From the sequence record MT764206.1: a stretch of 64,000 bases of DNA. One strand, written 5' to 3'. Both the position numbers and the translations under genes were made by a program. This DNA comes from Escherichia phage JEP6. Below are positions 58,385 to 64,000 of this stretch, piece by piece (position 1 is the stretch's first letter; each line of letters starts with the position of its first letter). The notes under the pieces are model-generated. The model did no database searches and was not told the DNA's origin. It saw only the letters and a program-made list of their open reading frames with translations.

Positions 58385-59931
58385 GTAACAATACATATCA
58401 GCACGTATCAAATGAATCAAAATATGTTAAATTCGATCCCACTGGATCGAATTTTCCTGGCACTGTTACGACAGTACAGTCTGCATTATCAAAAATAAGT
58501 AATATCGGCGTAAATGGTATTCCTGATGCAACTATGGAAGTTAAAGGAATAGCAATGATTGCATCAGAGCAAGAGGTTTTAGATGGAACAAATAATTCTA
58601 AAATCGTTACACCAGCTACATTAGCAACAAGATTATTGTATCCAAATGCTACTGAAACTAAGTATGGTTTAACGCGCTATTCAACAAATGAAGAAACATT
58701 AGAAGGCTCAGATAATAATTCATCAATAACGCCGCAAAAACTGAAATACCATACTGATGATGTGTTCCGAAATAGATATTCATCTGAGTCATCAAACGGG
58801 GTTATTAAAATATCATCTACGCCTGCAGCTTTGGCTGGTGTCGATGATACTACGGCGATGACTCCGTTGAAAACCCAAAAACTTGCAATAAAATTAATTT
58901 CACAAATAGCTCCTTCAGAAGACACTGCAACAGAATCTGTGAGAGGAGTAGTTCAATTATCTACTGTTGCGCAAACTCGTCAAGGAACTCTCCGCGAAGG
59001 ATATGCAATTTCTCCGTATACCTTTATGAATTCTGTTGCAACACAAGAATATAAGGGTGTTATACGTTTAGGAACACAATCGGAAATTAACAGTAATTTA
59101 GGAGATGTTGCAGTAACAGGTGAAACACTAAATGGTCGAGGAGCTACTGGTTCTATGCGTGGGGTGGTAAAATTAACGACGCAAGCCGGTATTGCCCCTG
59201 AAGGTGATAGCTCTGGAGCATTAGCATGGAACGCAGATGTAATTAATACTCGTGGTGGACAAACTATTAATGGTTCTTTAAATTTAGACCATCTTACAGC
59301 AAACGGAATTTGGTCGCGCGGCGGAATGTGGAAAAATGGCGATCAACCTGTTGCCACTGAAAGATATGCGTCAGAAAGAGTTCCAGTTGGAACTATTATG
59401 ATGTTTGCGGGAGATTCGGCACCTCCGGGTTGGATTATGTGCCACGGTGGAACAGTGTCAGGAGATCAATATCCTGATTATAGAAACACAGTTGGAACAA
59501 GATTTGGTGGGGATTGGAATAATCCAGGGATTCCTGATATGCGAGGTCTTTTCGTCAGAGGAGCTGGCACAGGAGGTCATATTTTAAATCAACGAGGACA
59601 AGATGGTTATGGGAAGGATAGACTTGGTGTAGGATGTGACGGAATGCATGTTGGTGGTGTTCAAGCACAACAAATGTCATACCATAAACACGCCGGTGGT
59701 TGGGGGGAAAATAACAGAAGTGAAGGCCCATTTGGCGCGTCTGTTTATCAAGGATATCTTGGAACTAGAAAATATTCCGACTGGGATAATGCTTCATACT
59801 TCACTAATGATGGATTTGAATTGGGTGGACCGAGAGATGCACTTGGTACACTTAATCGTGAAGGATTAATTGGTTATGAAACTAGACCATGGAATATATC
59901 ATTAAACTATATTATTAAAATTCATTACTAA
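58381..59931 (+). CDS. 12: short tail fiber protein gp12
   Basis: 516 aa; N-terminus [27 protein letters not shown]; conserved C-terminal receptor-binding region. Confidence 0.85.
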   Translation: MSNNTYQHVSNESKYVKFDPTGSNFPGTVTTVQSALSKISNIGVNGIPDATMEVKGIAMIASEQEVLDGTNNSKIVTPATLATRLLYPNATETKYGLTRYSTNEETLEGSDNNSSITPQKLKYHTDDVFRNRYSSESSNGVIKISSTPAALAGVDDTTAMTPLKTQKLAIKLISQIAPSEDTATESVRGVVQLSTVAQTRQGTLREGYAISPYTFMNSVATQEYKGVIRLGTQSEINSNLGDVAVTGETLNGRGATGSMRGVVKLTTQAGIAPEGDSSGALAWNADVINTRGGQTINGSLNLDHLTANGIWSRGGMWKNGDQPVATERYASERVPVGTIMMFAGDSAPPGWIMCHGGTVSGDQYPDYRNTVGTRFGGDWNNPGIPDMRGLFVRGAGTGGHILNQRGQDGYGKDRLGVGCDGMHVGGVQAQQMSYHKHAGGWGENNRSEGPFGASVYQGYLGTRKYSDWDNASYFTNDGFELGGPRDALGTLNREGLIGYETRPWNISLNYIIKIHY

Positions 59932-59940
59932 GGATTACAA

Positions 59941-61398
59941 ATGATTGAATTAAAAGAGTTACCTTTTGTTGATAGCGTTCCTGGCGAAGGTCAGGAGCGT
60001 ATTTCATGGATTAAAAATGGTGAAGAAATATTAGGAGCTAGTACTAAGTATGGAAACGATGGATCAATGAATAGACCAACTGTTTCCGTGTTTAAAAATG
60101 TTGAGGTTCTTGACGAAAATATAGGAATTCTTAAAACAGCATTAGAAACATCCCAGGAAGATATTAAAACCATTCAGGGTATCTTAGATGTATCTGGTGA
60201 TATAGAAGCTTTATCGCAAATAAGTATCAATAAAAAGGATATCACTGATCTTAAAACGCTTACGAGTGAACATACCGAAATATTAAATGGAACTAATAAT
60301 ACTGTCGATAGCATTCTTGCTGACATTGGTCCATTTAATTCGCAAGCAAATTCAGTTTATAGAACGATTAGAAATGATTTGTTATGGATTAAAAGGGAAT
60401 TAGGACAATATGCTGGGCAAGACATTAACGGTCTTCCTGTTGTAGGAAATAGCAGCACTGGTATGAAGCACCGTATCATTAATAATACAGATGCTATAAC
60501 TTCCCAAGGAATACGCCTAAGTGATTTGGAAGAAAAATTTATTGAATCTGATGTAGGTTCACTGACAATTGAAGTCGGAAATCTTAGACAAGAGCTTGGA
60601 CAAAGACCGTCTTCATTCAGTGAAAGCATATATTCACGTGTTCATAATTTAGATCAATCGCAGATTAATCTTAGTTCCGAAATTAAATCTATCAAAACTT
60701 CTATTGGATATCCAGGAAATACTTCAATAATCACAGATGTTAACACTAATACCCAAGAAATTTCAGCTTTAAATGATGAACTAAATAAAAGCGGAGGTGT
60801 TAAACAGCGATTAACTGTCATTGAAACATCAATTGGCTCAGATGATATTCCTTCTAGTATTAAAGGTCAAATTAAAGATAATACTACCTCTATTGAGTCT
60901 TTAAATGGAATTGTAGGTGAAAACACCTCGTCTGGTTTAAGAGCTAATGTTTCATGGCTAAACCAAATTGTTGGAACTGATTCTAGTGGAGGTCAGCCTT
61001 CTCCTCCTGGGTCTCTTTTAAATAGGGTTTCAACTGTTGAAACTTCAGTTAATAGACTGAACAATGATGTTCAAAACTTACAAGTTGAAATTGGTAATAA
61101 CAATTCCGGAATTAAAGGCCAAGTTGTTGCACTAAATAAACTAGTAAGCGGCACAAATCCAAATGGTTCAACAGTAGAAGAGCGCGGATTAACTAATTCA
61201 ATAAAGGCTAATGAAACTAACATTTCTTCTATTAATCAAGAAATGCGTAGTATTAAAAGTAATGTATCTTCATTACAGGGGGATGTTCAGACTTTACAGG
61301 AAGCAGGTTATATCCCTGAAGCTCCAAAGGATGGTCAAGCTTACGTTCGTAAAGACGGCGAATGGGTACTACTTTCTACCTTTTTATCACCAGCATAA
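59941..61398 (+). CDS. wac: fibritin (whisker antigen control)
   Basis: 485 aa coiled-coil protein ending in foldon [27 protein letters not shown]. Confidence 0.9.
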   Translation: MIELKELPFVDSVPGEGQERISWIKNGEEILGASTKYGNDGSMNRPTVSVFKNVEVLDENIGILKTALETSQEDIKTIQGILDVSGDIEALSQISINKKDITDLKTLTSEHTEILNGTNNTVDSILADIGPFNSQANSVYRTIRNDLLWIKRELGQYAGQDINGLPVVGNSSTGMKHRIINNTDAITSQGIRLSDLEEKFIESDVGSLTIEVGNLRQELGQRPSSFSESIYSRVHNLDQSQINLSSEIKSIKTSIGYPGNTSIITDVNTNTQEISALNDELNKSGGVKQRLTVIETSIGSDDIPSSIKGQIKDNTTSIESLNGIVGENTSSGLRANVSWLNQIVGTDSSGGQPSPPGSLLNRVSTVETSVNRLNNDVQNLQVEIGNNNSGIKGQVVALNKLVSGTNPNGSTVEERGLTNSIKANETNISSINQEMRSIKSNVSSLQGDVQTLQEAGYIPEAPKDGQAYVRKDGEWVLLSTFLSPA

Positions 61399-61401
61399 CA
61401 T

Positions 61402-61417
61402 GGGGCCGCAAGGCCCC
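61402..61417 (+). terminator. hairpin GGGGCC-GCAA-GGCCCC followed by T-rich tract
   Basis: GC hairpin 4 nt after wac stop, T5 at 61425-61429. Confidence 0.6.
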
Positions 61418-61430
61418 AAAGGATTTTTAA

Positions 61431-63132
<1,702 letters not shown>

Positions 63133-63173
63133 TAAATATTATAAACTAATTAAAGCCCAGATTAGGAGAAATC

Positions 63174-63992
63174 ATGTTTGGTTATTTTTATAATTCGTCT
63201 TTTAGACGATATGCTACCTTGATGGGCGATTTGTTTTCAAATATCCAAATCAAACGTCAGTTAGAATCTGGTGATAAGTTTATACGTGTTCCTATTACGT
63301 ATGCATCAAAGGAACACTTCATGATGAAATTAAATAAATGGACATCAATAAATTCACAAGAAGATGTAGCTAAAGTTGAAACTATTCTACCTCGTATAAA
63401 TTTACATTTAGTTGATTTTAGCTATAATGCTCCATTTAAAACAAACATTTTAAATCAGAATTTACTACAAAAAGGCGCAACTTCTGTAGTATCGCAGTAT
63501 AATCCATCTCCTATTAAAATGATTTATGAATTGAGTATCTTTACTCGCTACGAAGATGATATGTTTCAAATAGTTGAACAGATTCTTCCATATTTTCAAC
63601 CTCATTTTAATACAACTATGTACGAGCAGTTTGGAAATGATATTCCATTTAAAAGGGATATTAAAATTGTATTAATGTCTGCTGCTATAGACGAAGCTAT
63701 AGATGGGGATAATTTATCTCGTCGTAGAATTGAATGGTCATTAACATTTGAAGTAAATGGATGGATGTATCCTCCAGTAGATGATGCAGAAGGATTAATT
63801 CGTACTACTTATACAGATTTTCACGCCAATACAAGAGATTTGCCTGATGGCGAAGGTGTTTTTGAATCTGTCGATAACGAAGTTGTTCCTCGAGATATTA
63901 ACCCAGAAGACTGGGATGGAACAGTAAAACAAACTTTCACTAGTAATGTAAATAGACCAACACCGCCAGAACCTCCTGGCCCAAGAACATAG
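63174..63992 (+). CDS. 15: tail sheath stabiliser / tail terminator gp15
   Basis: 272 aa; position after gp14. Confidence 0.8.
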   Translation: MFGYFYNSSFRRYATLMGDLFSNIQIKRQLESGDKFIRVPITYASKEHFMMKLNKWTSINSQEDVAKVETILPRINLHLVDFSYNAPFKTNILNQNLLQKGATSVVSQYNPSPIKMIYELSIFTRYEDDMFQIVEQILPYFQPHFNTTMYEQFGNDIPFKRDIKIVLMSAAIDEAIDGDNLSRRRIEWSLTFEVNGWMYPPVDDAEGLIRTTYTDFHANTRDLPDGEGVFESVDNEVVPRDINPEDWDGTVKQTFTSNVNRPTPPEPPGPRT

Positions 63993-64000
63993 AGGTTATT

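Noticed and set aside
63133-63173. TATAAACT upstream of gene 15 as a late promoter
   Set aside because: One mismatch to TATAAATA; T4 late promoters are recalled as nearly invariant, so left unannotated.

Overview
This 64 kb window reads as a T4-like (Tevenvirinae) myovirus genome segment, colinear with the T4 map from gene 46 to gene 15. Positions 1-44500 are an early/middle region transcribed on the minus strand: 46, 47, a-gt, 55, nrdH/nrdG, nrdD split by a group I intron carrying a GIY-YIG homing endonuclease, 49, nrdC, a long block of uncharacterised ORFs, rI, tk, regB, a GrcA-like gene, ipII, lysozyme e, nudE, a tRNA/stable-RNA operon with embedded homing endonucleases, an ipI-like locus, Acb1/57B, 57A, 1, 3, 2, 4. 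Positions 44548-63992 are late baseplate/neck genes on the plus strand: 53, 5, an unexpected 678-aa ORF, then 6-12, wac, 13, 14, 15. Thirteen copies of a T4-type early promoter (GTTTACA-N17/18-TAnnAT) and several TATAAATA late promoters and hairpin terminators are visible. The most unusual items are (1) the 678-aa ORF between gene 5 and gene 6, where T4 has small genes 5.1-5.4, and (2) an SLT-like lytic transglycosylase gene interrupted by a single in-frame TGA. Also notable are a tandem cluster of four coiled-coil-tailed proteins, an ATPase plus nucleotidyltransferase pair, several anti-defence-type genes (Acb1, macro domain, CTS-bearing internal proteins) and a tRNA cluster lacking tRNA-Gln. 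All identifications rest on reading the sequence and recalled family knowledge; no database search was run, so T4 comparisons are from memory.
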